From NCBI GenBank assembly GCA_030599445.1, contig JAUVOA010000001.1, forward strand, positions 1-27,149: a DNA stretch of 27,149 nt, written 5' to 3'. Below, piece by piece: positions 1 to 10,400 of the stretch. The notes beneath the pieces are model-generated. The model saw nothing but the letters and a program-made list of their open reading frames with translations, was not told the origin of the DNA and made no database searches. A program made the position numbers and the translations under genes. Every line of letters begins with the position of its first letter. Within the stretch, counting starts at the first letter, position 1. This DNA is from Atribacterota bacterium (lineage in GTDB: Bacteria > Atribacterota > Phoenicimicrobiia > Phoenicimicrobiales > Phoenicimicrobiaceae).

Positions 1-104
1 CCAATATCACTGAGGGATTACTCGACCGAGGTTATAAAGAGAGAGAAATTGAAAAAATATTAGGTGGCAATTTTTTAAGAGTGTTTAAAGAAGTGGTAGG
101 ATAA
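1..104 (+). CDS. 3' end of membrane/renal-type dipeptidase (peptidase M19), truncated by the window edge
   Basis: Manual translation from nt 3 gives NITEGLLDRGYKEREIEKILGGNFLRVFKEVVG*, matching the typical M19 C-terminal RGY..EEI.KILGGNFLRV pattern. Not in the ORF track. Confidence 0.8.
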   Translation, partial: NITEGLLDRGYKEREIEKILGGNFLRVFKEVVG

Positions 105-139
105 TAATTTATTCTAATACAAAAATAGAGGGAGTATTT

Positions 140-910
140 ATGAAATATTTGAGATTTTTTCAAAATGGAAATATAAGATACGGATTACTTGAAAAAGATA
201 ATATAATTAGAGAAGTAGCTGGTGATATTTTTAGTAACCATAAAAATACGGAAAATATATATCCTTTATCAGAAATAACTTTTTTACCCCCCTGTGTACC
301 GACTAAAATAATAGCTGTGGGATTAAATTATTTTGATCATGCGAATGAAGTTCAGATGAAAATTCCCGACGAACCGTTGATATTTATGAAACCTCCAAGT
401 ACGCTTATTGCTCATAACGATAATATAATTTATCCTAAAATGAGTAAGCAATTAGATTATGAAGCAGAATTAGCAGTGATTATTAAAAATAAAATTAAAA
501 ATATTGAGCCCGAAGATGTCTTTGAAAATATTCTGGGATATACTTGTTTTAATGATATAACTGCCCGAGATTTACAAAAAAAAGACGGACAATGGACAAG
601 AGCTAAATCATTTGATACCTTTGCGCCAGTTGGACCTTTTATTTCTATTGAGTTAAATCCTGATAATCTTCAAATAAAACTTTATAAGAATGGTCAACTA
701 ATGCAGAATTCCTCCACCAGTAATATGATTTTTAAAGTCGATAAAATAGTCAGTTTTATTTCTAAGATAATGACTCTATTTCCAGGGGATATAATTGCTA
801 CCGGAACTCCTTCTGGAATTGGACAATTAGAAGCAGGGGATAAGGTAGAAGTAGAAATTGAGGGGATTGGAATTTTAAAGAACACTGTATTTTTAGAAAA
901 AAATGATTAA
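140..910 (+). CDS. Fumarylacetoacetate hydrolase (FAH) family protein
   Basis: Motifs KIIAVGLNY, PLIFMKP, LDYEAELAVII, GYTCFNDITARDLQ, WTRAKSFDTF, GDIIATGTPSG. Confidence 0.92.
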   Translation: MKYLRFFQNGNIRYGLLEKDNIIREVAGDIFSNHKNTENIYPLSEITFLPPCVPTKIIAVGLNYFDHANEVQMKIPDEPLIFMKPPSTLIAHNDNIIYPKMSKQLDYEAELAVIIKNKIKNIEPEDVFENILGYTCFNDITARDLQKKDGQWTRAKSFDTFAPVGPFISIELNPDNLQIKLYKNGQLMQNSSTSNMIFKVDKIVSFISKIMTLFPGDIIATGTPSGIGQLEAGDKVEVEIEGIGILKNTVFLEKND

Positions 911-1054
911 AAATTCCAGTTTATATAATTTATTAAGAAGATAGATTTCTATTTTTTTAAGAGTTATAGATGTAGAAAAGCAATTAATTTAATAAATGAT
1001 AATTGCAGTATGAAAAGGAGGTGGGCTGAGTACAAGTTAGATAAGATATTTTGT

Positions 1055-1169
1055 CAGAGTAGATGGCCTGCGTTAAGTGTTAGAGAATGGGACGTTGTCT
1101 CTAAACGAAAGGATTAAGGTTTTCTATAGGGAAATTCTTTAGTCCTGCGGTAGGTCATCGCGTCCGCTG
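1055..1169 (+). ncRNA. THF (tetrahydrofolate) riboswitch aptamer
   Basis: CAGAGUAGAUGGCCUGCGUUAAGUG..GGGACGUUG..ACGAA..GCGGUAGGUCAUCGCGUCCGCUG matches the THF aptamer consensus; lies directly upstream of a folate ECF S-component. Confidence 0.93.
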
Positions 1170-1268
1170 CTACATCGAAAATGCCTTTTACAAAGACTCT
1201 TCTTGATGTAGCAGATATAGAGCTATATCTATTATAATAATGCTATATCAAGGAGGAAAAGAAAAAGA

Positions 1269-1799
1269 ATGAAAATATCGTCCTATAAAATTACCACTAT
1301 GGGTCTTCTAATTGCTTTAAGTATAATTTTAACTCGGGTAGCCAGTCTACGTGTTGCTATTGGAGGAGTAGAGGGAATCAGGATCGGTCTGGGAAAATTA
1401 CCCATAATCTTAGGAGGTATTATATTTGGTCCATTAGCCGGAGGATTAATCGGAGCCTTTTCTGACCTGTTGGGATACTTCATCAATCCTATAGGCGCGT
1501 ATATGCCTCACTTTACTCTAACCTCTGCTTTGACCGGAATAATTCCAGCAACTATCTTGGTTTTAATGAAAAAAAATGAACCTAATGTTTTTGATTTGGG
1601 TATAGCTATTATCGCGGGTCAGGTGATAACTTCTATTATTTTAATACCGTATTTTTTAAATATTTTATTCGGACTTTCCTGGAAAGTGTTAATGCCCCCG
1701 CGAATGGTGGCAGAACCCATTCAAATATTTATCTATACCTATACCATAAATATAATTTTAAAGAGAAATATTTTAATTACCAAATCACATAAGATTTAG
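1269..1799 (+). CDS. folT: Folate ECF transporter substrate-specific (S) component
   Basis: Multi-TM protein with LLIALSIILTR, IRIGLG, GPLAGGLIGAFSDLLG motifs; THF riboswitch upstream; SD AGGAGG at 1251-1256. Confidence 0.88.
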   Translation: MKISSYKITTMGLLIALSIILTRVASLRVAIGGVEGIRIGLGKLPIILGGIIFGPLAGGLIGAFSDLLGYFINPIGAYMPHFTLTSALTGIIPATILVLMKKNEPNVFDLGIAIIAGQVITSIILIPYFLNILFGLSWKVLMPPRMVAEPIQIFIYTYTINIILKRNILITKSHKI

Positions 1800-1914
1800 G
1801 ATTTACTAGTTTAATTAATATTATTTTTAGCCATTAAAGTTAAAGAAGGATGAGAGGAGACTTGTAATATTAAAAAATATGAGAAATAAAAATTTAAATT
1901 TCAAAAATAATACC

Positions 1915-2940
1915 ATGAAGGCAGCTGTATTTTACGCACCTCACCTGGTAAAATTGGAAGAAATTAATATTCCCGATATCGGTCCTGACGAAGTTTTAGT
2001 AAAAGTGAAAGCCGCACTTACCTGCGGGACAGATCGTAAAACCTACTTAAGAGGGCATCACTTATTTAATCCGCCTTTTGTTTTTGGACATGAGTTTGCC
2101 GGTGATATAGTAGAAGTAGGCAGTAAGGTTAAAAAAATCAAACCAGGAATGAGAGTAGTGGCCGCTAATTCTGCCCCTTGTAATTCCTGTTTTTACTGCA
2201 AAAATGGTGAACATAGTTTGTGTGATAGTTTATTTATTCAATTAAGCGGTGCTTTTGCAGAGTATATAAAAATTCCCGGAATAATTGTTTCCCAAAATTT
2301 ATTATTATTTCCCGAGATAGTAAGCTATAAGGAAGCAGCATTTTTAGAACCTCTTTCTTGTGTAGTTCATGGAGTTGAAGAATCAAAAATTAATTTAGGT
2401 GATACAGTGGTTATAAACGGAGCAGGTCCGATAGGTTTAATGTTTTTGCAAGTAGTTAAATTAAAGGGAGCAAGGGTTATTATAACTGATATGCTTGAGG
2501 AGAGACTAAAATTAGCCATTAAGTTAGGGGCTTATAAAGTAATAAATGTTTCTAAAGTGCAGAATCCTGTTGAAGAAGTGAAAAAACTTACTGAAGATAA
2601 GAGAGGAGCAGATGTAGCTATTGAAGCAGTCGGGTTACCAGAGGTTTGGGAGCAGACTATTTCGATGGTAAGAAAAGGAGGAATGGTAAATCTTTTTGGC
2701 GGATGTAAAAGAGGAACGAAAGTATCTATTGATGCCAGTTTGATTCACTATTCCCAAATAAACATAAAGGGAGTTTTTCATCATACACCTGGGCATGTTA
2801 AAAGAGCATTAAATTTAATTTGTAATAAGGCGATTGATATTGACTCATTGATTACTGACGAATTTCCCCTTAGTGAAATATCTAATGTAATAGAGCTGAT
2901 GTTGGCTCATAAAGGCATTAAAATAGCTGTGATACCTTGA
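1915..2940 (+). CDS. Zn-dependent medium-chain dehydrogenase (sorbitol/threonine dehydrogenase-like)
   Basis: CGTD, GHE, structural Zn site CNSCFYC..C, GAGPIG NAD-binding motif. The ORF is open from 1879; MKAAV at 1915 is the more typical start. Confidence 0.88.
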   Translation: MKAAVFYAPHLVKLEEINIPDIGPDEVLVKVKAALTCGTDRKTYLRGHHLFNPPFVFGHEFAGDIVEVGSKVKKIKPGMRVVAANSAPCNSCFYCKNGEHSLCDSLFIQLSGAFAEYIKIPGIIVSQNLLLFPEIVSYKEAAFLEPLSCVVHGVEESKINLGDTVVINGAGPIGLMFLQVVKLKGARVIITDMLEERLKLAIKLGAYKVINVSKVQNPVEEVKKLTEDKRGADVAIEAVGLPEVWEQTISMVRKGGMVNLFGGCKRGTKVSIDASLIHYSQINIKGVFHHTPGHVKRALNLICNKAIDIDSLITDEFPLSEISNVIELMLAHKGIKIAVIP

Positions 2941-3400
2941 TCCGTATATCGTATCTCGTGAATCGTATCTCGCAAAAAACAAATAGTTAGAAATATTAAA
3001 AAATTAAAAAAGTTGTGTGTTTGAATTTATTTATCTTTCAAGACACTAGATACGAGATACGAACAACGAAATTGTATTGCGTATCGCGTATTGCGTATCT
3101 CGTATATCGTTAATTAGTTACTTGGTTAGTTGGTTAAAAAAACAGAAGAAGGAAACCAGGAGACAGAATAAATACGTATCTCGTGAATTAGCGTAGAGCG
3201 TACAGCGTATAGCGGATAGTGAAGAAAGAAGAACAAAGATAAAGTCATAAGGTATAAGTAGAGACAGACCTTATATCTGCCCGAAATGAGCAATACCCAA
3301 TGAGTAATAAGAGAAGAGTTAGCTGGTTAAGATAGTCGTTTTTAGTAATTTGTATTAAACCAACTAACCAATTAACTAGCTAACCATCTAACTAATATAA
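2941..3400. repeat. Intergenic block of period-7/period-8 degenerate tandem repeats plus a GTAG REP-like palindrome
   Basis: cgtatat-cgtatct-cgtgaat-cgtatct (2943-2972); gtattgc-gtatcgc-gtattgc-gtatctc-gtatatc (3074-3110); period-8 taaccaat/taactagc/taaccatc tract (about 3357-3395); gtagagacagaccttatatctgccc (3258-3282). Confidence 0.8.
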
Positions 3401-3444
3401 AATAAGCAGGATTGGTGACCTTGTAAATGGAGTAAAAGAAAGAG

Positions 3445-4470
3445 ATGAAGGCTTTAGTTAAATACGGGAAAGGCGAAAATGATATAGAATTGAGAGAAAT
3501 TCCCGAACCTATTCCTCAAAGGAATGAAGTAAAAGTTAAAGTGGAGGCTACGGGAATCTGTGGAACTGATCTTTATGGTTATTCAGCCCTAAAACCTCCG
3601 GTGGTATTGGGACACGAAACTGCTGGAATTGTGGTAGAGGTAGGGGAAGAAGTAAAAAATATAAAAGTAGGAGATAGAGTTACTACTGAAACTACTGCCT
3701 ATATCTGTGGTCAATGTAAATTTTGCCAGAGCAAAGATTATAATTTATGCATTTATCGTAAAGGATTGGGGTCCGCTGTTAACGGGGCTTTTGCTGAATA
3801 TTTTGCTATAAGAAAAGAAAGCATCCACCAAATTCCTCCTCATATTGATTTTAATTCCGCTTCTCTTTTTGAACCTTTATCTTGTGCTACGCATGCAGTA
3901 ATAGAACAAGCTAATTTATTACCCCATGAAATAGTTTTGGTATTAGGACCGGGACCTCTTGGGTTGTTAACTGCTCAAATTGCTAAGTCTTTAGGAGCAA
4001 GAGTAATTATTTGTGGAATTGAAGGTGATGAAAAAAGATTATCTACAGCAAAAAAACTTGGAATTAATCAAATTTTTAATATAAAAAAGAAGGATATTAA
4101 GAATTATTTGTCGAAATTAACAGTAGAGTATGGCGTAGATGTGGTTTTTGAATGTTCCGGTTCTGCTGAAGCTGTGGAGTATGGATTAAATCTTATAAGG
4201 AAAGGGGGTAGATATATTCAGGAAGGAATTATCCACCAACCGATTCAACTTAGATTTGATCAAATCTTATTTGACAAAGAGCTGAGTATTATTGGTTCCC
4301 GTACTCAGAAACCTTCTTCCTGGGATAAGGCAATAAATCTGGTAAACGAAGGGAAGGTAAATTTAAAGGAATTAGTTAGTGGTGTACTTCCCTTAAGTAA
4401 TTGGAAAGAAGGTTTTGGGCGAGCAAAGAAAAAAAATTCTATTAAAATAGTTCTTCAGCCGGATAAGTAA
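3445..4470 (+). CDS. Zn-dependent medium-chain dehydrogenase (second paralogue)
   Basis: CGTD, GHE, CGQCKFC..C, GPGPLG motifs. Confidence 0.9.
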   Translation: MKALVKYGKGENDIELREIPEPIPQRNEVKVKVEATGICGTDLYGYSALKPPVVLGHETAGIVVEVGEEVKNIKVGDRVTTETTAYICGQCKFCQSKDYNLCIYRKGLGSAVNGAFAEYFAIRKESIHQIPPHIDFNSASLFEPLSCATHAVIEQANLLPHEIVLVLGPGPLGLLTAQIAKSLGARVIICGIEGDEKRLSTAKKLGINQIFNIKKKDIKNYLSKLTVEYGVDVVFECSGSAEAVEYGLNLIRKGGRYIQEGIIHQPIQLRFDQILFDKELSIIGSRTQKPSSWDKAINLVNEGKVNLKELVSGVLPLSNWKEGFGRAKKKNSIKIVLQPDK

Positions 4471-4579
4471 TATTAGAAAAAATATCAGGTAAAATTTTAA
4501 TAACCCGATAGGCTACGAGATTATTGGTTAGTATCGCTTTTTCATTTAATCGTTAGTTTTAAATACAAATCACAAGATA

Positions 4580-4675
4580 AATTAGTTAATTGGTTTTCTG
4601 GTTAGCTAGTTAGTTTGTTTAGTGTTAATAATTTATTAACCAATAAACCAGCTGACTATGTAACTAACTAACGAA
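4580..4675. repeat. Inverted pair of period-8 degenerate repeat tracts
   Basis: aattggtt-ttctggtt-agctagtt-agtttgtt followed by the complementary taaccaat-aaaccagc-tgactatg-taactaac. Confidence 0.65.
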
Positions 4676-4710
4676 TCAAGATACAATATAATTAAAAAGG
4701 GGAAGAAAAA

Positions 4711-5127
4711 ATGATAGAATGTAATCTTAAAAAAGGTTCAAAAGGAATAGCTCAAACGACGGTAAATAAAGAAAATTCAGCAGAAAGATTTGCCAAACCT
4801 ATGCCACCTGCCTTTGCCACTCCTATGTTAGTTTCTTTAATGGATTTAGCTGCCATAAATGCGGTGAAAAAAAATCTTCCGGAAGGTTATATTTCAGTAG
4901 CTACCAAAATATCGATTACTCATTTGGCTGCTACTCCTATTGGTATGACGGTTACTGCCGATGCGACCTTAATTGATATTTTTCAAAATAGATTAATCTT
5001 TCAGGTAAACGCTTTTGATGAGGTGGAGAAGATAGGAGAAGGGACTGTAGAAAGATATATTATAGATTTAGGCAAATTTACCAAAAAGATTTTGGAAAGA
5101 AAAAAACCACGAGAGGTTGATTTTTAA
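4711..5127 (+). CDS. Hot-dog thioesterase (fluoroacetyl-CoA thioesterase FlK-like)
   Basis: FATPMLVSLMDLAA, ITHLAATPIGMTV, AFDEVEKIGEG..ERYII pattern; 138 aa. Confidence 0.8.
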   Translation: MIECNLKKGSKGIAQTTVNKENSAERFAKPMPPAFATPMLVSLMDLAAINAVKKNLPEGYISVATKISITHLAATPIGMTVTADATLIDIFQNRLIFQVNAFDEVEKIGEGTVERYIIDLGKFTKKILERKKPREVDF

Positions 5128-5649
5128 TTGATTAAAAAAGCTTTATTAATAATCGATATGCTTAACGATTTTATCAGGGAAGACGGAAAATTATATATAG
5201 GGGACGGTGGAGGAAAAATTATTTTACCCATTCAAAAAGAACTGGAGAGATTCAGGAAAGAAAAAAACCTTGTATTCTATATCTGTGATCACCATCGACC
5301 AAATGATAAAGAGTTTAATCTTTTTCCTCCACACTGCCTTTCCGGAACTGAGGGGGCAAATATAATCGAAGAATTAAAACCATTGAAAAATGATTTTATA
5401 ATCCACAAAAGAAGATACAGCGGATTTTTTCAGACCGATTTAGATGTTTCTTTAAGAGAAGAAGGGATTATAGAATTAGAGTTGGTGGGAGTATGTACCA
5501 ATATCTGTGTTTTATACACTGCTGTTAGTGCTAGGATGTTAAATTATAAAGTTACAGTTTTAAAAGATGCTGTGGCTTCCTTTGATCAAGAGGCTCATGA
5601 TTTTGCTTTAAAACAGATGAAAGATGTTTTAGGCGTTGAAATTAGATAA
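5128..5649 (+). CDS. Isochorismatase/nicotinamidase-family cysteine hydrolase
   Basis: LIIDMLNDF, CDHH, PPHC, KRRYSGF, GVCTNICV motifs; TTG start abutting the upstream stop. Confidence 0.88.
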   Translation: MIKKALLIIDMLNDFIREDGKLYIGDGGGKIILPIQKELERFRKEKNLVFYICDHHRPNDKEFNLFPPHCLSGTEGANIIEELKPLKNDFIIHKRRYSGFFQTDLDVSLREEGIIELELVGVCTNICVLYTAVSARMLNYKVTVLKDAVASFDQEAHDFALKQMKDVLGVEIR

Positions 5650-5708
5650 TAAATTCTATCTTGGCAGGGTAAACTACAGCGGGAATCAAATGGCTTAGTA
5701 GATATGGA

Positions 5709-6629
5709 TTGGAGTTAGAAGTAGTGGCAAAAGAAAAATTAAAAGTAGGATTAGCCTTAGGAGGAGGTGGAGCCCGAGGCCTCGCCCACATAGGAGTATT
5801 AAAAGTTTTAGAAAGAGAAAATATCCCCATTGACTTAATTACCGGTACCTCAATGGGGGCTATTATAGGAGCAGTATATGCCCTAAAAAAAGATATTTCT
5901 GCTATAGAAAAAATTACCGAGAAATATTCTAAAATTAGTGAATTTAATATAGATTTATCTTTTAGCGAAAAAGAAAGAAAAGATAAGCCCTTCTTTTTAA
6001 AAAGAATGTCCGATTTCTTAAAAAAAGGTTATATTCTCAATCTTGAACTCAGAAGAAAATATATAAATGATGGGGAAGGACTAAGAAAGGTTATTGAGGA
6101 ATTAGTGAATAACAAAACCTTCGAAGACACCCAGATTCCCTTTGCTGTGGTGGCGGCGGATTTAGTCAAGGGAGAAAAAGTAATTATAAGAAGAGGAAAA
6201 TTGTTTGACGCACTTTTGGCAAGTACTTCTATTCCGGGAATGTTTCCTCCTGTAATATTAGATAAGAAAATTTTAGTTGATGGAGGGATAGTTGATGTAG
6301 TTCCAATTGAGGTAGCTCAATCTTTAGGGGCAAATTTCGTTATTGCGGTTAGTGTGAGCCAAACTATTAAAAAGAGGGCTGAATTTAGTAATGCCGTAGA
6401 AATTTTTTTTCGGTCTGATTCTATTACATCTGCCGAATTAAGAAAATTACAGTTATCTTTTGCTGATGTAGTAATTACTCCTAAAGTAGGACGTTTTCAC
6501 TGGTCTGATTTCTCTAAACCTGAACAATGTGTTCGAGAAGGAGAAATAGCTGCTCAAAATGCTATTTTAGAATTAAAGAAAAAAATGAAGAAAGTAAAAC
6601 CAAGCTGGTGGAAAAGATTATTTTACTGA
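5709..6629 (+). CDS. Patatin-like phospholipase (RssA/NTE family)
   Basis: [18 protein letters not shown] (catalytic Ser), DGG (catalytic Asp). Start codon uncertain (TTG 5709 or GTG 5724). Confidence 0.9.
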   Translation: MELEVVAKEKLKVGLALGGGGARGLAHIGVLKVLERENIPIDLITGTSMGAIIGAVYALKKDISAIEKITEKYSKISEFNIDLSFSEKERKDKPFFLKRMSDFLKKGYILNLELRRKYINDGEGLRKVIEELVNNKTFEDTQIPFAVVAADLVKGEKVIIRRGKLFDALLASTSIPGMFPPVILDKKILVDGGIVDVVPIEVAQSLGANFVIAVSVSQTIKKRAEFSNAVEIFFRSDSITSAELRKLQLSFADVVITPKVGRFHWSDFSKPEQCVREGEIAAQNAILELKKKMKKVKPSWWKRLFY

Positions 6630-6926
6630 AGTTTCCTTATCTTTCTTTTCTTTGATATTGGAGTTTGTCTTTTTGGAAGTTTTTTTCCTTTCTTGCCCTT
6701 CTGTTGAGGAAGCGGCTAATCTTTTCTTTTCCGATTTATAACTACCATTTCGATTATCTGTACTATAATATCCACTGCCCTTTAATATGAAGTTTCCATT
6801 TTTGCTTATTAATCTATAGACTTCTCCGTCACAACTTTTGCATTTTTCAATGGGATCTGCTGTAATGGATTGGAATTTTTCAAAAGTATTCCCACATTTT
6901 TTACATTTATATTCATATGTTGGCAT
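6618..6926 (-). CDS. FmdB-family zinc-ribbon protein
   Basis: [29 protein letters not shown]; overlaps the patatin 3' end convergently by 12 bp. Confidence 0.88.
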   Translation of the reverse strand: MPTYEYKCKKCGNTFEKFQSITADPIEKCKSCDGEVYRLISKNGNFILKGSGYYSTDNRNGSYKSEKKRLAASSTEGQERKKTSKKTNSNIKEKKDKETSVK

Positions 6927-6960
6927 AATCAAATTTCCCTTCTAAAACATCTAACTGTAT

Positions 6961-6988
6961 ATTTTAAACAAATTTACATTTTTGTCAA
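6961..6988 (-). promoter_or_regulatory. sigma70-type promoter for the FmdB gene
   Basis: TTGACA (6988-6983), 16-nt spacer, TAAAAT (6966-6961) on the minus strand. Confidence 0.55.
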
Positions 6989-7278
6989 GATTTTTTTTCC
7001 GCTTGTTCCGTATTCTTGCGAAAGCAGGCAGTAGGAATCTATTTCCTTTAGATTGTTATTACAAAGTTTAATTATTTTCTTGACTGCCAGAAAAAGAGAA
7101 AGAAGGTAAGGGGCAGAAGAATTATTAAAAAAATATTATTATAAAAGAAGGGTTTTTAAAAATTGGAATTCTTAAGGTTTATATGGTAACATATAAAAGT
7201 TATTTTAAAAAATATATTTGAATCAATTGCTCGTGTATATTATTAATTTATTTATGATTAATTTAAATGAATATCTAA

Positions 7279-7371
7279 AAAAGTTGAAAAAGGCAAACTG
7301 TCCGAAAGGACAGGACGCAAAGTTATGGGTCTAAGGTATTTTATGCTATGATTGCCAAATTACCAACTTTT
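7279..7371 (+). ncRNA. c-di-GMP-I (GEMM) riboswitch
   Basis: GGCAAACUGUCC-GAAA-GGACAGGACGCAAAG..GGUCUAAGG..CUAUGAUUGCC..UUACC; P1 aaaagttg (7279-7286)/caactttt (7364-7371); G20-equivalent G7292 and C92-equivalent C7363. Confidence 0.92.
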
Positions 7372-7414
7372 ATTTTTTTGAAATATTTTAATAAACTTAA
7401 AAACGATTATTTAT

Positions 7415-10400
7415 TTGTATCGGGAGATAAACCAAATGGGAGATGGAGATAAAGATAAAGAGCAGTTGATGAATAAAACAATAAAATCTGAAGAACTATA
7501 CAATTTAATAGTTGAAAATACCACTGATGTAGTTACTTTAACTACCTTTACTTTGAACCCAGTATTTATCTACATTAATCCCTCGATTAAAATAAATACT
7601 GGCTACGAACCCGAAGAATTAATCTGTAAATCTCCTTTTGATTTTATCCATCCTGATGATAAAAAGAAATTATTTCCAATATTGATAAAATATATTAACG
7701 CTAAGGTAAAAAAACTCTTAACCGACAAAGAATTGCCTACCACCAAGAGAATCGAATTTCGTTTTAAGACGAAAGATGGAAATTGGCGCTATATTCAAAG
7801 TACTGGAAATATTGTAGGAAACCAGCTGCTTTTTATCACTAGAGATATCACTAGTCAGAAGAAACTTGAAGAAGCTTTACGCAAGAGTCAACAAGAATTT
7901 GCCAGTCTATTTAAGAGTAGTCCCGAGGCTTTAGTCTATACAGATGAAAAAAGTAATATTTTAGATATAAACCCCCGATTTACTGAACTTTTTGGCTATA
8001 CTTTAGAAGAGATTAAAGGTAGAAATATCGATGATGGCATGATTCACCCCCCTGATAAAATAGAAGAAGGCAAAGAGCTGGGCAGAATAGCACAATCTAA
8101 GGGTTATTTTAAATGTGAAACTATCAGGAAAAAGAAAAACGGAACTTTATTCCTTGTTTCTATCTATGGTTCTAATATCTCTATTGATGGTCAGTTAAAA
8201 GGTATGTTGGTAATATATATCGATACCACTGAACGAAAAAATATACTGGATAAATTGAAAAAGAGTGAGGAGAAATATCGCAATCTTTTTGAGAATATGC
8301 CCGGAGCTTATTATCGTACAGATAGAGAAGGAAATCTTATAATGATAAATCCGGAAGGAGCTAAATTATTTGGCTACAATTCTCCCGAGAATATCTTAGG
8401 GGAAAATATAGGTCAGCATTTATACTTTGCTCCAGAAGAAAGAAAAAGATATCTTAAAGAGTTAGAAAAGAATAAAGGGAATCTTAAAGACTTTGAATTA
8501 ACTTTAAAAAAGAAAGATGGCACTCCTCTGATTACCTCTGATACTGGCCATTTCTATTATGATAAAGATGAGAATATTGCTGGTGTAGAAGGCATTTTTG
8601 TAGATATTACTGAACGTAAAAAAACCGAAGAAGCCTTACGTAAAAGCCAAAAAGAATTCGCCAGTCTGTTTAAAAGTAATCCTGAAGCGTTAGTTTATCT
8701 GGATGAGAAAGGAATAATATTAGATGCAAATCTTTGTTTTTGTAAACTTTTTGGATACACTCTAAAAGAAATTAAAGGAAGAAATATTGATGATGGTATG
8801 ATTCACCACTCTGATAAAATAAAAGAAGGGAAGAGATTAACTGTAAATGGATTAAAAGGTTATCTTAATTACGAAACCATTAGAAAGAAAAGAGACGGAA
8901 CCTTATTTCCTGTATCTATATCGGCTACACCGCTGGTAATAGATGGGCAAGCTAAAGGGGAGATAGGAATATATATTGATATTACCGAACGTAAACAGAA
9001 CGAGACAATACAAAAAGTCCTGTACAATATCTCCAAAGCAGCCAACTCCCCTATCTCTCTTGGCCAGCTTTATCCTATAATTCATCAAGAATTAGGTAAT
9101 ATTATCGATACCACTAATTTCTATATCGCCTTGGTTGACGAAAATAAAGATGAATTATATTTCCCCTATTATATAGATGAAAAAGACGGAAAAATGCCTT
9201 TTGTAAAATATAGCATTACCAATACTCTTACTACTTATGTTATAAGGACAGGTAAGTCTCTGCTTAATAATAACGAGCAATATAAAGAAATGATTAATCA
9301 GGGAATATTGACTCCCATGGGCTCTACAACTGATGAATCTGTCTGGCTGGGCATTCCCCTGAAGATAGAAGATAAAATAATGGGTGCTATGGTCGTTCAA
9401 AGCTATATCAATCCCAATCTCTATTCCAAAGACGACATCAAGATCTTGGAATTCGTCTCCTCCCAAGTAGCTACTGCTATTGAGCGTAAAAGCTCTGAAG
9501 AGAAAATCAAATACCTAAGCTTCCACGATGCTCTAACTGGTCTTTACAATCGGGCTTACTTCGAAGAAGAATTAGAAAGGTACAATTTTCCCCGTTACTA
9601 CCCCTTAAGTGTGGTAATGCTTGATGTCAATGGCTTAAAAGTCATCAATGATACCTTCGGCCATCAAGAAGGGGACAAACTCTTGCAACACCTCTCCCAG
9701 ACCCTTACTTCCGTCTCTCGTCAGGGAGACATCCTGGCCCGTATCGGTGGAGATGAGTTTACCATTCTCTTACCCTCAGCCACCTCCGAGCAAGCCCATA
9801 ATTTCTGTGAGAGGATCAAGAAGGCCTGCCAGCAAGATAAGATAGAGCCCATTTACTTAAGACCGAATATCTCTTTAGGTCATGCCACCCAGAAAGGAGA
9901 ATATAAAGAAATAAACTCTCTCCTTAAGGTAGCTGACCGTAATATGTATCAAGATAAACTCTTCAATGGTAAAAGCAGAGAAAAACATTTCTTAGAGGCC
10001 TTCCGTATTGTCCTTGCCGAACGAGACCCTCATACCTCTGATCATGCCCAGAGACTCCAGGAGTTAGCCCTCTCTTTAGGTAAAAGGGTAGGGCTTACCG
10101 AGTACCAGTTAGGAAACTTAAAACTCTTGGCATTACTTCACGATATCGGTAAAATTGGTATTCCGGATAATATCCTCTTCAAGACCTATATCCTAACCCC
10201 TTCCGAATGGGAGAAAATGAGAGAACACTCTCGTATAGGCTATCGTATGGCTAAGAATATCCCTGATTTTGCCTCCATTGCCCAAGAGATTCTCTATCAC
10301 CATGAACACTGGGATGGTACCGGTTATCCTGAGGGTCTAAAAGGAGAAAAGATCCCTCTCCTTTCCCGTATTATCTCCATTGTCGATGCCTATGATGTGA

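Noticed and set aside
1010-1117. 35-codon ORF (MKRRWAEYK...) and an SD-like AAGGAGGTG near 1014-1022
   Set aside because: The ORF overlaps the conserved THF aptamer and has no SD of its own; the SD-like string has no correctly spaced start codon.
2941-3400. Possible CRISPR array in the repeat-rich intergenic regions
   Set aside because: The units are 7-8-nt degenerate tandem repeats without constant 23-47-nt repeats or unique spacers, and there are no cas genes.
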